From Lama glama (Eukaryota): a stretch of 64,000 bases of DNA. Numbering within the stretch: position 1 is the stretch's first letter; each line of letters begins with the position of its first letter. Shown piece by piece: positions 38,780 to 51,509 of the stretch. The stretch is from the NCBI GenBank assembly GCA_028534125.1, contig CM052816.1, positions 52,516,001 to 52,580,000 on the forward strand, in the 5' to 3' direction. The position numbers and the translations under genes were made by a program. The notes under the pieces are model-generated. The model was not told the DNA's origin. It worked only from the letters and a program-made list of their open reading frames with translations, and searched no databases.

Positions 38780-40050
38780 TTAAAAAATTGAATATATTTG
38801 ACATATAATGTGTGAATTTAAGGTGTGCAATGTGTTAATTTGACACACTTGCATGTTGTGATGGCTGTTGCAGTGATATTTGGTACTTCTGTCACATTAC
38901 ATAATTATTTCTTTTTAGTGGTTGGGATAATTTTTAGTCTCTTGGCAAGTTTGATGATGGTAGTGCAATATTGTGTATATTCACTGTACTGTGCATTAGA
39001 TCTCTATGATTTATTTACTACTCATTGAAAGTTTGTACCCTTAAACCATAATAATTTTATCTCCTCACTCCCCATCCTCTGGTAACTTTTTTCAAAAGTT
39101 TAACTTTTTAGATTCCACATATAAGTGATACTGTACAGTATTTGTCTTTCTCTGTCTGACTTTATCTCAGCATAATATGCTCAAGGTCTGCTCATGTTAT
39201 TGCAAAAGGCAGGATGTCCCTTCTCATGCTGCAATAATATTCTATTGTGTATATATGGAACATCTTTTTTTTCTTTTAATTTTTTTATTGAATTATAGTC
39301 TATGCCACATCTTTTTTATCCATTCATCTGTTGGGCATTTAGGTTGTTTGTGTATCTTAGATATTGTGAATATAATGCTGCAATAAACATAGGAGTGCGT
39401 ATATTGCTTTGAAATCCTCTTTTCATTTCCTTTGAATATATACTTTGAGGTGAATTGCTGGGTCTTGTGGTAGTTCTATTTTTAATTTTTTGAGGAAATG
39501 CCATGTTTTCCATAGTGGCTGCGTAAATTTACATTCCTACAGGGTATAATGGTTCCCTTTTCGTCATATCCTTGTCAGCACCTCTTGTCTCTTGTCTTCT
39601 TGATTATAGTCATTCTAATCAGCAAGGTGAATCTCACTGTGGTTTTGATTTGTTTCCCTGATGCTTAGTAACGCTGAGCATCTTTTCACGTGCCTGTTGG
39701 CCACTGTGATGTGTCCTCTTTGGAAAAATGTCTGTTTAGTTCTCTGCCCACCTAAAAATTGGATTGTTTTTGATTACTGAGTTGTATGGAGTTTTAAAAA
39801 TATATTTTGGATATTGATCTTTTATCTAATGTATGGTTTGCAAAAATTTTCTTTCATTCTGCAGGTTGTCTTTTCCACTTTGTTAATTGTTTCTTTTGCT
39901 GTGAAGAAGCTTTTGAGCTTGATATAGTCCCCCCATTTGTTGATTTTTTTGCTTCTGTTTATGCTTTTGGTATATCCAAAAAATCACTGCCCAGATCAAT
40001 ATCAAAGAGCATCTTTCCTAAGCTTTCTTCTAGGGGTACTTCTCTACTTT
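38780..40050 (-). mobile_element. L1MA/MB-like 3' fragment
   Basis: ttagattccacatataagtga...atccattcatctgttg...ccatagtggctgc...ctgagcatcttttca. Confidence 0.85.
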
Positions 40051-40154
40051 TTAAAAGTTTTCTGAAAGTTGCAAGCTTTCTACACTCGCTTCCAAGATAC
40101 TGATGAGGGATGACTAGGAATAAGATAAGTACACCCAGTTGTGTGTTGGTAGAT

Positions 40155-40334
40155 GTTTGACAATTAGTTCTCTAGAGCTCTGATGTGTAGTATTTTGTCA
40201 ATCTCTGTGGTATAAATACTCCCACCATGGCCAATTTCATATTTTCAACAGTGTAACAACTGGCTCACAACTTTCTTAAACATTTAATGGTTGGCTGGCA
40301 TGAACTGGCACGCGCTGGTTTAAGTACATCACTG
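40155..40334. mobile_element. MER63-like hAT remnant (another at about 51890-52009)
   Basis: tataaatactcccaccatggcc..., terminal ...cacaccactg-like end. Confidence 0.55.
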
Positions 40335-42203
40335 GTTCTATCTACCCTCTGATTGCCGGGAAGATGAGTTTATTATATATAATGTAACAAGCTCTCTAAG
40401 GTGTGGAATTATGTCCTAAAGCTCCCGTGGGCCCATGGTACTAGCATGGTCATGGACATGAAAGTATTGATTATCTCCTGCTTTGGGGGGAGCAACTGCA
40501 CAGCTAATAGCAGATCATAGCAGAGGGAATTGTGTGGGTTGGGGGTGGCGCAGGGAGGTTGCCTCCTCTTTCCACCAGCCTCAGGGAGGCAGTGTCGGGG
40601 AGAATCTAGGAGCATAGAATAGTTTTGTTAAGTATACCAGACTCGCTGAAAGTCAGATCAAGATACTGTTAAGACTTTAGTTGATCAGATCTGGATGTGA
40701 ATATAACACACTTTCCCTTTATAGCTTAGTGTACTTCATGTATGGATTTGTTGCATACTTCAGTGATTAGAATGAACTCCCTCAAGAAGAGGATCTGTAG
40801 CCTTCATGACGGACTGCCTCGTAAAGTGCCAAGGACTCCAGAGAAAGGACACCAAAATAGCTATAAAGGTAAAACCTCACTGTGCCGTAGAACGGGAGGG
40901 GGCCCAGGAGGGCCGGAGTTCCTGGAGGCCCTAAGGGCTCAGGAAATGACCTTTCGGGGGATATAAAAAGCAAGGGAGGTGGGAGAGGAGAGATGACAGC
41001 CTCCAACCAAATGGGTTTACTTCTCCTCCCTGGGATTTCTAGAATTGGAGATTTGTAGTTGTGGAACCGCAGGTCCCATGACACCAATATGACCCATAAC
41101 TCCTAGGAGGGCAGCTCCTGTAGCAGGATTCTCCTGGGAGACTAGATAGTAGCAGTAGAGGGAACAACTGGTAGACAAGCTCGAGTTCTGGCTGCTCACT
41201 AAAGACCTTCATTGAAGAGCTAATGTCCTGAATTAGAGGCAACATACACCTGCAGGCTTTACATGTGGCCTGAAATCCTACACCTCTCATGCTGGTCATG
41301 CATATGCCATTGTATTTTCTGACTACTGAAATCATAGTAAAACACTGGTGACAGTGTTTATTCTTTATGATTTAAGATATTTCCAGGAATTCTGGAACAG
41401 GAAAATGTATTACTACCTAGCAGTATTCCTTGAAACAAAATCCTTAGGGAATTTATAAACATTTGCCTAGAATCTTTGCCTGACCAATAGAATGGGAGAC
41501 AGGCTAGTGCAAAAATCAGGCAAGTTTCTGTCCTGTATGGACAGCGATGCTACTGATAGCACTGTAGGTTGAGTCTAGGTTGTAAGCAGCTTCTTGAGTT
41601 GTAGGAGGGCTTTATGATCCATATACACTATTGTCCTCGTCACTTTAGAGGCACTCAGCCAGCCAGCAAATATTTACTGGAAATCTACTACATGCCAGGT
41701 GCTATGTTAGGCATTAGGGATACTGACTAGTGAGACATGGTCTTTTGCTCGCAATAAGCAGACATTCCACTAGGGGGAGCCAAATATATAAATAAGCTTA
41801 ATAATTGTACTGAAGGTGCTGGGATAGTGGTCTGTGGGGAAGGTGTGTGTGGAGTGGGGAGATCATCAGAAAGAATTGGACAAATCTGCCACAGGATTGA
41901 TCCAGAAATGTCTTCATAGGGAAGGCGTCCCCAGGGCAGCGTTTCTGAGGCTCCTTACCCAGAACAAGGAGGCTGCCGAAGCGAGTGTGGGGCTGTTGGG
42001 CTTCTGTGTGAAGCGAGCTGGAGAGATGGAAGATGAGACCTTGTGACTGATGCACACACACAGCCTCACTGACCCGGTCGGAGAATAAAAGATCCCTGAG
42101 CAAGTGGAACATGGACATTGCAGGGAACAGCAAACACACCATCAAAGTCTGAGCCCCGTGGAAGCGATGTCTGAGTAACACGGTATTTAGAAATTATCTC
42201 CCC

Positions 42204-42209
42204 TTTATT
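42204..42209 (-). terminator. THBS4 polyadenylation signal (short 3'UTR of about 155 nt)
   Basis: TTTATT on + is AATAAA on -, 135 nt after the stop codon. Confidence 0.8.
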
Positions 42210-42343
42210 GCCACATTCATACAAAAGGTCTGATATATCTGGGTGGGCAAAAGCAAGCCACGGTGTATACAAAGAAAGTTGGAGGAGGTTAAAAAATATA
42301 TGGCTTTACTGTTTGAAGAGCAGTGACGGATCGTTTCCTCGGT

Positions 42344-42405
42344 TTAACTATCCAGGCGATCGAAATTCTGGGTTTGAAACTCTTGGAAGTCCTCTGGGAT
42401 GGTGT
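42344..42405 (-). CDS. THBS4: THBS4 last coding exon ((D)TIPEDFQEFQTQNFDRLDS*)
   Basis: tttgcag|AC; TAA at 42346-42344. Confidence 0.95.
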
Positions 42406-42412
42406 CTGCAAA

Positions 42413-42496
42413 CAAGAACAGGGGTGAGGGTGCGATCAGGAAGGCTCCCTCCTTCAAGAACAGGGGTGGGGGTGCGATTACAAAGGCTCCCTCCTT
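42413..42496. repeat. 42-bp tandem duplication (2 copies, 4 mismatches) next to the last THBS4 splice acceptor
   Basis: caagaacaggggtgagggtgcgatcaggaaggctccctcctt followed by caagaacaggggtgggggtgcgattacaaaggctccctcctt. Confidence 0.9.
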
Positions 42497-42530
42497 CCTG
42501 CATCCTGGTGCAGCTCCTGCTGCGAGGCCG

Positions 42531-42545
42531 CCTGCAGGGGGCGCT
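42531..42545 (+). promoter_or_regulatory. Candidate CTCF site
   Basis: CCTGCAGGGGGCGCT, one mismatch to the CCAGCAGGGGGCGCT-type core. Confidence 0.5.
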
Positions 42546-42982
42546 GTCAGCCTGCGCAGCAGCCTCCAAAAGACCCTGCAGCCATTTTCTACCTCAGACT
42601 GCTTTGTGAATTGCTGGCTTAAAGCCCAGGAGAACTCATTCACAGGCCTAAAGAAAATTAGCCGGCAGAGTGGATTTTGAGCTTGTGATGATGTTGGAAC
42701 TGTATGAAAATAAAGGCTGCCTGTAAATTAAGCCTCACTTGATCTGTCAGTGAAACCCCAATCAAAAGCCAAGCAGTTTAATTCCACGAGTCTCAATTTC
42801 CTCATCTATCAAATAGGAAAAATGAGATCTACCTTTTACTGGATTACACTGGGACTATCAGGTCTCAGTGAGTAAGTGGCATGAGCTTTGGGCTTCTGGG
42901 AGGGAAATGTGCTATAAAATAAGCTGGCATTATTTGAGTTTTCCTAGCAGTAATATTGTGCAGTAACAAGAATGTATGTTAC

Positions 42983-43122
42983 CATTGCAGCGATACTTGA
43001 GGTTAGACCAAATGATGTTTTCCTGGGAGAAGCAGAACACGCCAAGCCGGCCTCCACGCATGGTGGTGTCTATGGTGACCCCGGAGTCAGCCACCAACTC
43101 AGAGCCTTCATAGAATCGCACC
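42983..43122 (-). CDS. THBS4: THBS4 exon ~21 ([46 protein letters not shown])
   Basis: ttgcag|G ... G|gtaaca; 140 bp. Confidence 0.97.
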
Positions 43123-43862
43123 CTGCAAACAACACAGCCGGAGAGGGTCTCCGTGAAACTCAAACCAAGGTCAGGGTGAAGTGCCCATTGTGAGACCCCG
43201 GGGCCCCATTTCTTACACACCTGTGTGCAGCACTTTTCACAGACCTGGACTGTGCTCTCCTGTTCCCCCTTCCCTACTAGATTGGAAGCTCCATGAGGTC
43301 AGGGACCATGTGTCCACGTCCTCCCATTTTCTGTCTCTCCAAAGGCCTTGCACGATGTTGGGCACTGAGTCCAACTTGATGGGTACTCACTGAGTTAGAA
43401 ATCAAGTACGACCCAGGACCAGGAGGCTTTGTGACTTCACTGTCCGGTGAGTTATCTTGTCTCGACATCTTATCTAGTTATCTTGCTTTAAAACTGTGGC
43501 TTTTCCTTAGGTCTGATTGGTATCATTTGGTAGAATCCCAGAGCAATGATTCTCATCAGGAGTGATAGCGCTCCCTAAGCAGGGTTGTAAAAATGTGTGG
43601 GGGCATTTTTGACTGTCATTGTGGCATTTAGTAATGACAGAAGCCAGGGATGCTGGGTGGCTCACAAGGCCCTGGAGTGAACAATCAAAACTTGTCCTGC
43701 ATCCAGACACTTTTGGGGTGCACCTCTACGCCCTTGGGCAGGTGACAAGCCTGCTTATAATTATCTGGGCCTAGAACCTAACTCTCTTACTTGTGAACAT
43801 CAGGCATTTTTTTGCACTAATATAAACTGATTTTCCAGGGTAAAGTGAGAAACTGTTGAGTA

Positions 43863-44056
43863 CAGTTCACCCCTAAACAACTTAGGTTTGAACCGCATGG
43901 GTCCACCTATACGCAGATTTTTTCCCCCATAAATACTATCTTACTACAAGATTTGTGGGTGAGTCCACAGATAAGGAGGCCGAATATGGGACTTGTGCAT
44001 CTGCAGATCAGGGCAAGTCCTGGGACCAAGCCCCTGTGTTGTTCAAAGGGCAACTG
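43863..44056. mobile_element. Tigger2-type MITE nested in a MER20B-like hAT element (about 43540-44400)
   Basis: Terminal inverted repeats cagttcacccctaaacaac and gttgttcaaagggcaactg, preceded by TA. Confidence 0.7.
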
Positions 44057-45076
44057 CACTTCGTTTTGTTTGAAAATTAAGAGCTGTTCACCGTGTTAGG
44101 AATTCACATCACTGCTGTAGGTTAAGTCAAGTCCCCAGCACAGTGCTCTGTGGTAGAACATCACCTTCACAGTGGTTCTAGGCAGGTGCAAATGTCTATT
44201 TCATTGCGTGTTTCAGTGTGGTTGTGTCCCAGCCATGATTTTGTTGTAATTTTAGAAAATCAATCTGATCCCTCATTAAGAAGTAAGAATACTTTATATG
44301 TGAGTAGGTTATATTTTCTGTGGTTTCCTTTTGGGACAGAAGGGACATTTCAAAATATTTGTTATTTAAAAGGGGCAGTAAAATTAATAGGGCTGAGAAC
44401 ATGATCATCTTACTGTGAGACAGATTACATTTGATATAATGTCTCAAAGAGGAACAAAATATGAATTAGTCCTCAGGGTTTCCTTTTTTCCTACTAGGCA
44501 GTTTTCCTGCCCTGGTCAAGAGAATGCACTCAGTACCCATTCCTAAAAGCACTTCATAAAGCTGGAGTGGGTGCTGATCTGCAATTTTGAGAAGTGACAA
44601 AGTATACTGACTAAATGTCACAGATGTAGTCCTAAGGCATCCTAGCTTCTGAGAACAGCCTTTTAAAGTAGTCCTGCAGGGAAATAAGGCAGGTGACACT
44701 GGCTCACAGGAGGATGGGTTCATGCCGAGGGTGGCACGCTGTCAGGCACTGGGGAGCGCTGCCCTCATGGAGATTATCAGACTGTAAGGGGCTCAATGCA
44801 GCTGAAATATTCTCAGATAACTTATCACACAGGGCCCCGGGGGCCCACACGGGAGCACTGATGGGAGGCTCAGTGCACGTCTCACCTCACACAGGTCAGC
44901 ATGGTTCAAGAGCCCCAGTTTGGCCCTCATGTCCAGGTGATCAGTCTAAGCTGGGGTGTCATCCTCCCACCTCTTTTCTGGGAACCTGAGGTCCCGGTGC
45001 GCCTTCGGGGACCATCTGCTCTGGGATGCAGAAGGAGGGTGGGCTTTGCTTCAAGTGTGGGGGGTGCGCCGCCTAC

Positions 45077-45249
45077 CTGATGTAGCCCACCTGGGGCCTG
45101 TGCTGCAGGAACCAGCGGTAGGACACCTTGTCTTTCCAGCCCACGTTCCTGGAATCTTTCCACAGCAGCCTGACCTGGTCGCTGGTGTCCCCAGTGTGCC
45201 ACAGGGAGTTGCGGAGATGCTCCCCAGGACCTGTCTTAGACTTAACAGC
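45077..45249 (-). CDS. THBS4: THBS4 exon ~20 ([20 protein letters not shown]...[10 protein letters not shown])
   Basis: gtccag|GCT ... AG|gtaggc; 173 bp. Confidence 0.96.
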
Positions 45250-45865
45250 CTGGACAACAACACAAGCGAGGTCTTAGCACAGAACACACAGACCCTCCTC
45301 CTGCACCCCTCATCCCTGGGATGATGAAGGGGTGGGAGGTCATGGTTACCACCTGGCTGCCTTGGATCCAGACATAAAGCATAAATACTTCAGTGCCATT
45401 TCTACTGAGGTGACCCACAACCTTGTAGTAATCAGCACTGGCTAGTAATCCATAAACCCCTCCCATGTTTTTCCAGCTGTAAATCCATTGCTCCCACATT
45501 TGTCCAATGAGGACTCTGAATTGCTGCCTTTCCTCCCAGCAGAAGTGACAGAGGTAGCCTCTCAGCCCTCCTGTACGAAGTCGGCCCCATCGAGGAAACT
45601 GATTAGCCAGTTTCCAAAAGAGTGGCCTGAAGGTGTCCCCCCACCTCTTGGGCCCTTTTCCTGCTGCCGTCCTCACCGTCAGCCGCCCAGAGGTGAGCAT
45701 GTAGCTCATGTGCAGGAAAGAAGGCCGGGCCCTGGATGGGCTCCAGTGTTCCTCGACTTGAATGCTGGCACAGAGGCATCAATTTCTTAGATGAATTAAT
45801 GCCATATGGGAGAACACAGAATTTAACAGGAGAGTAAAGGGCCCGGAAGCAACGGAGACAAATAC

Positions 45866-46062
45866 CTTGAGCTGAATGCCAGGTTCTGCAACAGCTCGGA
45901 ACGGGGTGGCCTGCCAGTACGTCTGCTCTGTCTGTTTCCACATGACAACGTAGAAGCTGGAGCTGTCTTGATAACCAAAGATAAAGCCTGCGTAGTCATC
46001 ATCTGTCTGCGTGTTGACGTGGAAGGTCCCTTCGAAGTCAACTCCATTAAAAGCCGTGTACC
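45866..46062 (-). CDS. THBS4: THBS4 exon ~19 ([32 protein letters not shown]...AEPGIQLK)
   Basis: ctgcag|GG ... AAG|gtattt; 197 bp; thrombospondin C-terminal DDDYAG motif. Confidence 0.97.
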
Positions 46063-46158
46063 CTGCAGAGATGAGTAAGATTTGAAAGCCAGACAAGCCA
46101 CATGACTAGCTGGAAAAAGCGGATTCTACACAAGTGGTGACGGAGGCCCTGGACATAC

Positions 46159-46207
46159 CCACTGCCAGGCCGGGATCGCTGTTCATGGTCTGCACGATCT
46201 CCATGCC
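46159..46207 (-). CDS. THBS4: THBS4 exon ~18 (GMEIVQTMNSDPGLAV-G)
   Basis: ccacag|GGC ... G|gtatgt; 49 bp. Confidence 0.95.
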
Positions 46208-46864
46208 CTGTGGAGAGAGTTGAAGGAGTTAGAGGGATGGAATGAGCTCAAGGAGGCCTGGAACCTCAGGCATCACCAGTGAGTGGACAGTGACATCTGA
46301 GCTCCGTGTAAAAATTTCATTATCTGAGGAACTGGTCTAGCTTGTCATGTGCTCAAAGACAGCACACACTTGCAAAAAAAAAAAAAAAACTCAATAGAAA
46401 TAATTTTGCTAAAACTGTCACTTAAGCTGATTCAATAAGCCTTTAATTGGAGAATAAACACTTCTAATGAATGTGACCTGCTGGGTGACACTGGAAAATT
46501 TACTAAGCGTCTCTGTGCCTGCCTTCTTTAGTTACATGATGAAGAAGACACATGGGAGGCAGGCTGCTGCAGAGATTAGGAGCATGGCTCTTGGGTCAGA
46601 CTGCCTCGGTCCCAAATCCAGCAATCTTAGCCGCTTACCTGCGGTGCTACCATGAGTAATCATTGCAGCTCTATGAGATGAGATCCCACCATCGGTAAAA
46701 CAAGGCTCATGAAAGTGCCCTGTCACAGGGTGACTGTGAGGAATAAATGTGATGGGGAACACTGCCTGGCTTGCAGTCAGCACCGTCTAAATGTTGCCTA
46801 CTCCTCTCAGGAGGGCCTGGGCTGAGAGACAAAGCTGAGCCGCCGCCAGCCCGGGGACACTCAC

Positions 46865-47043
46865 CTGGTTCAGGACCACCCAGTTGGGATCGATCTGGGC
46901 ATCCCCTTCAGGGTCCAGGACCACGGTCTGATAGGCCCTGAAGTCGGTCAGGGTGACCTCCGCGTTCTCCGGGCACACGTCGATCCGATCGATGACCTGG
47001 TCCTGGTCAAAGTCCGCCTCACAGATGTCTCCCACGCCATCGC
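46865..47043 (-). CDS. THBS4: THBS4 exon ~17 ([14 protein letters not shown]...[13 protein letters not shown])
   Basis: cctcag|GC ... CAG|gtgagt; 179 bp. Confidence 0.96.
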
Positions 47044-47915
47044 CTGAGGGGGTGGAGGAGGAAGAGGGGGGCTCGATAACACGTACTAGCCCCAACCCCT
47101 TGCCCTGGCTCCACGACGGGGAGGAGGCCGGGTAAGGGGGAGAGAGCGCCCAAGCCCTGCTCCAAGCGAGGCTTTCAACCCATGTCAGGGAAGGAGTCTT
47201 GGAGTCGGCTGTGTCCAGGCCCCACCCTGGAGCCTGCGAGGTGGGTGGCTGAAGCCCACTGTATGTGATGGGGACAGAGGGGAGGCCAACTGTTCCAAAT
47301 CGATCTGACAAGAAACCCTAGGTGTCCTCTGAGGATGCGGGTTTCACCAGCTGGTGGATCTTCAACCTGACCATATTATGTAAGCAAATGACTCTTGTAC
47401 TTTCTAGACTGTAACATATAAAAAGCTGGGAAATTATGATCACCAGATTCTAATAATAATTTACGGTGCTTCTTAGGCTGAATCTAGCTCAGAGTGTTTT
47501 ATCCAGCAGACCCGATGGTATTAAAACTTGAATTTGCATAGCTGGGGCTGGGCGTGCCCTCGCCGGATCACCACCGTCCTCACCACGCTGCTGGTGCAGC
47601 CCTGGCTCTGTGTACAAGGTTATCAGCTTGGCCCCTGTGGACCTCAGAATTTGCAAATCCACCTATGCTGGGGCTGCTATGCCTGTGTCTCTATCTGGCT
47701 CCTGCCCTGGGACTCCTGGTGAAAGGCGTGAGCAAGGTGGCAGAGCAGCTCTCCAAGCCCCGGGCGGGAGCACGTGGCTGCGTCCCTGCCCCGCCGTGAT
47801 CTCATCCTAGGGCTGCTCAGAAGCAGCTCTTCCCTGACCTGGCGTCTCCTAGTCATCTACTGTCCCCACAAGCTGTGGCTGCTCAGAGGTGGCGCCCCGG
47901 GCTGAGCCCACTCAC

Positions 47916-48109
47916 TGTTGCTGTCCTCCTGGGCGGGGTTGGGGACCAGCCGGCAGTTGTCTGGTCCAGGGGGCACCAGGTCTGGGATGCCGTCATTGTC
48001 ATCGTCGTCATCACACTCGTCACCAATTCCATCCTTATCAGTGTCCAGCTGGGCACTGTTAATGACCGTGGGGCAGTTGTCTGTGCTGTCCTGGTGCCCA
48101 TCTCCGTCA
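47916..48109 (-). CDS. THBS4: THBS4 exon ~16 ([64 protein letters not shown])
   Basis: cccacag|T ... A|gtgagt; 194 bp. Confidence 0.96.
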
Positions 48110-50458
48110 CTGTGGGAGGAAGGAGAGGTGTTTGCGTCACAGTTCAGCAGAGGACACGGACAGTCCAGGTTTCTGGAGAGAGGGTTTGAGGTCTTAACCA
48201 GGCTTAGTCTTTTATCTTAGATGAGGCTGTCTTATGGGCCTCAGAGACTATTTCCCACTTCCTCAAACTAATTTCTGTGATTACATGATCAGATGCTCCT
48301 ATCAGTCCCTGGGCACGACTCTGACCCCTGACAGAGAGAATGTGGGAGGGGCGGGGGCCAAGGTGCTCCCAGGGAGTCCCAGCTCAGCCGCTCATCAGCA
48401 GGTGGCCCTTTGGGCTCAGCGTCCTCATCTGTTCAATGGGAGTAACAGCCTATCTCACAGGGTGGTTAGGAAGATTAAATGATTAGAATGTTGTGTATTA
48501 CATTTTAATACATGCAAATGCCCTCCTGATTACCTGGCTCTTAGGAAGCCCTACGGTGTCTCCTTTTCTGTGACTTGTCACCATTTCTGGCCATAGACCA
48601 GGAGGATCAGATGTGGATGCCACAGAGAGGAGGGCAGGGACAGCAGGGCCTCCCTTCCCTACAACACTTCTCAGAACCCTTGTTCTCCACCCATCTGGTG
48701 TTTCTTCTTTCCAGGCCTTGCAGTCCCCTGAGGGTGAGTCTGCCCTGCCCCAGGTTTCCCTAAGTTGATGGAGACCTCCCCTGGCTACTCAGGACTAGAG
48801 CAGATACTCCTTTCACCGGCTCCACCCCCGGCCCTTCCTGGCTCAGCACTTGCCCCCACACACGAGATGCAGGAGGGAAGCCAGGGGCCAGTCCATGCCC
48901 TTCAGGCCACGCTTCCCAGGGGTCCCAGAGCCCAGAGAAAGTGAGGTCTCCCTGGACCAGCAGATGATGACAGGGCCCCAACAGTGGGATTCCTGGGCAT
49001 GTGGCAGGGCTGCTTTCTAAGTCATAAGATGGAGCTATTTCCACCAGCAGCCATTCCATATAGCCCTGAATACTTTTATGCAAAAACAAGCAGTTTCTGT
49101 CCTCAAGTTCGTGGGAATTAAAATGTAGCGGAGTGACTCATTTTAGGCAAATATCTAGAGGCCGGTGGGACAGGATATTTTAGAAATCACTTGGAGGGCA
49201 ATCAGAGTGCAGGATGACCTGCACCAGGGAACATTCTTGACATATACCATTGAGGGAAGTTGTCAGCATACTATTCCCACCTTCCACTCAAAAACAGACA
49301 TCCTATGTCACACTGGCACTGACCTGCCTCCCCCCCTTGCTGTGATAACAGTAATACCACAGCTGCTATTTTCTGCAGGTCACCTGAGGGCGAGCACTAT
49401 GCTGGGATTACCTATATTATCTTTCATTTTTACCATCACTCGTGAGATGTGAATTATCTCTAATTATCTCTACTTTGTAGATGAAGAAATTGGCACTCAG
49501 AGACTGAGAAGTATGTTTAAGTTCACGTAGCTAACGTGTACCTTGCAGCAAGGACACAGCACAAGGACAGAGGTGAGACTTTACAGGAGCTGTCCTTGAG
49601 CAAAGTTGGGCTGGAAAGCTCCTGTCTGGAGGGCAATCTCTGAGAAGAGGTTGAGAAGGGAAGCTACATTGCCCCCTGCTTTGCCTTGTAGGGTCCTTTC
49701 CCTCTCTCATCCCTGTCCCGCTGCCCCTATGATTCCCTACGGAGATGAAAGGGTTTAGAGGCTTGGACAGCAGGTGCCTCTAGGGAGAACTGCCCGTGCC
49801 TCTGTTCTTGATGATGTTCCTGTAGCATCTGGTCCAGCCCTGTGTCTTAACGTGGGACTCCATCCATATGAGGCTAGAAGGGTTGACACAATTCAACATA
49901 GAACAATTTCACTCAACTAAGGGGAAATGAATGAAAAAAACATTCCAAGGACAATGAAATAACAGTGATCCTTCCACAAACTGTCAGCTTTCCATTTTGG
50001 GACAATGGTGAAGCTTTCCTGAGCTGAAAGAATCTAATAGCAAAGGAGTTAATATCTACTGAGTGCTCTCTATGGTACAGAAACTAGTCCTAAGAGCTCC
50101 ATTCCACTGTCATCCCCATTTTACAGATGAGAAAATGGAGGCACAGAGATTCGGTCACTTGCCTCAGGTTAGCTGATTTGTAAGGGAAGGAGCTGTGTCA
50201 CTCCAGAGCCCATCTCTAAAGCGTCATGCTACACGGCCTCTCCTGTAATAGAATCTCAGTGGCTCGAGTGCCTAGTGACCCCTCCTGATGCTGTCACCTC
50301 CCCCATTCACGAAGGTGCAGTGACCCTGACCAGAGGGCAGGGCTGTTGTCCCCCTAGCACCTCCATCTACCCAGAGAGATGTCAAAGCAGCAAAAAGAAA
50401 GAGAAACCTTCCTCTGGGGTTTTCACCTGGCCCTGCGTAGCTGCGAGCGGTGCCATAC

Positions 50459-50511
50459 CTGTCCTGATTGGTGTCACAGGAGTCCCCAACCAGATCGTTA
50501 TCCACGTCAGA
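50459..50511 (-). CDS. THBS4: THBS4 exon ~15 (SDVDNDLVGDSCDTNQD-S)
   Basis: tttgcag|TCT ... AG|gtatgg; 53 bp. Confidence 0.95.
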
Positions 50512-51390
50512 CTGCAAAGAGAACAGAATGTGTTATCCATCCCTGGGCCTGTGTGCACAACAGCATGTTCCAGAGAAGGCAGACCTGGCCCATCATCATG
50601 GGATCTCAGGAATCACTTCTCTGGAATTGGGCTGGTGCAGACTGTAAAAGGACAACACCATATTGGTGTAGGCACGAGGCTGCATTTTCAAAAAAGCCTT
50701 CCAAAATGCCACGCTCCGTGGCTGGGCTGCCTACACACCAGATGAGCCGACTGGAGAAGGGCGCCGGGGCAGCACGCAGCAGGTGGAGACGGGGAGCTCG
50801 GGCACGGGTCGGAAGGGAGCCAGCCACGGGCAGGGGACGAGGCGAGCGGATTCTGCTTTGCCTCTGCAATTGGGAATCGAGCCCGAGTGGCAGTGAGTCA
50901 GAGGGCAACAAGACTCCCCGCTCCCAGGGCTTTAAAAATACGTGACACATCATACCAAGTTATCCGCAGGAAGGAGGAGAGAGAAGGGCAACCACTCATC
51001 GCTGACTGAACCTAATCTGAAATGTCCATACACAGGCTGCGCTGGGGTTTCAGGGACGAAAGGGACACACAGTGCCCAGTGGTGAATTTCCATGTTGCAT
51101 TTTCCTTTCAGCAGAAAAAACTTGTTTTGGGCATCGTTAAACTCCTATTACTAACCTCAGAGGGACTTTGCAGCCTGTGAGATTAATCCAGAGGCCCTCA
51201 GATCTCCTGCAAGGTGCTTCCCATCACCTCCAAGCCCAAGCCTGCAACCTCCCCTCCGCTGCTGTCAGGGGTAAGGAACAGCAAACAACTGAGCCGGTGG
51301 GCTCTGCGGGTTCTTCTAGACACTGGTCTCAACCAGTCTTTGCAGAGGGGAGTTCAGCCTCGAGTCTGAATCCCCTTGGATCCTACGAAC

Positions 51391-51509
51391 CTGGTTAGGG
51401 TTGCTGACATCAGGACAGCTGTCACAGGCGTCCCCCACACCATCTCCATCTCTGTCCCGCTGGTCACGATTGGAAACTTTTGGGCAGTTGTCTAGGATGT
51501 TTTTTATTC
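51391..51509 (-). CDS. THBS4: THBS4 exon ~14 ([39 protein letters not shown])
   Basis: tcctag|GA ... CAG|gttcgt; 119 bp. Confidence 0.95.

Noticed and set aside
51385..51391. Odd donor CAG|gttcgt as a sign of THBS4 pseudogenisation
   Set aside because: The GT is intact and all 18 exons keep frame with no stops.
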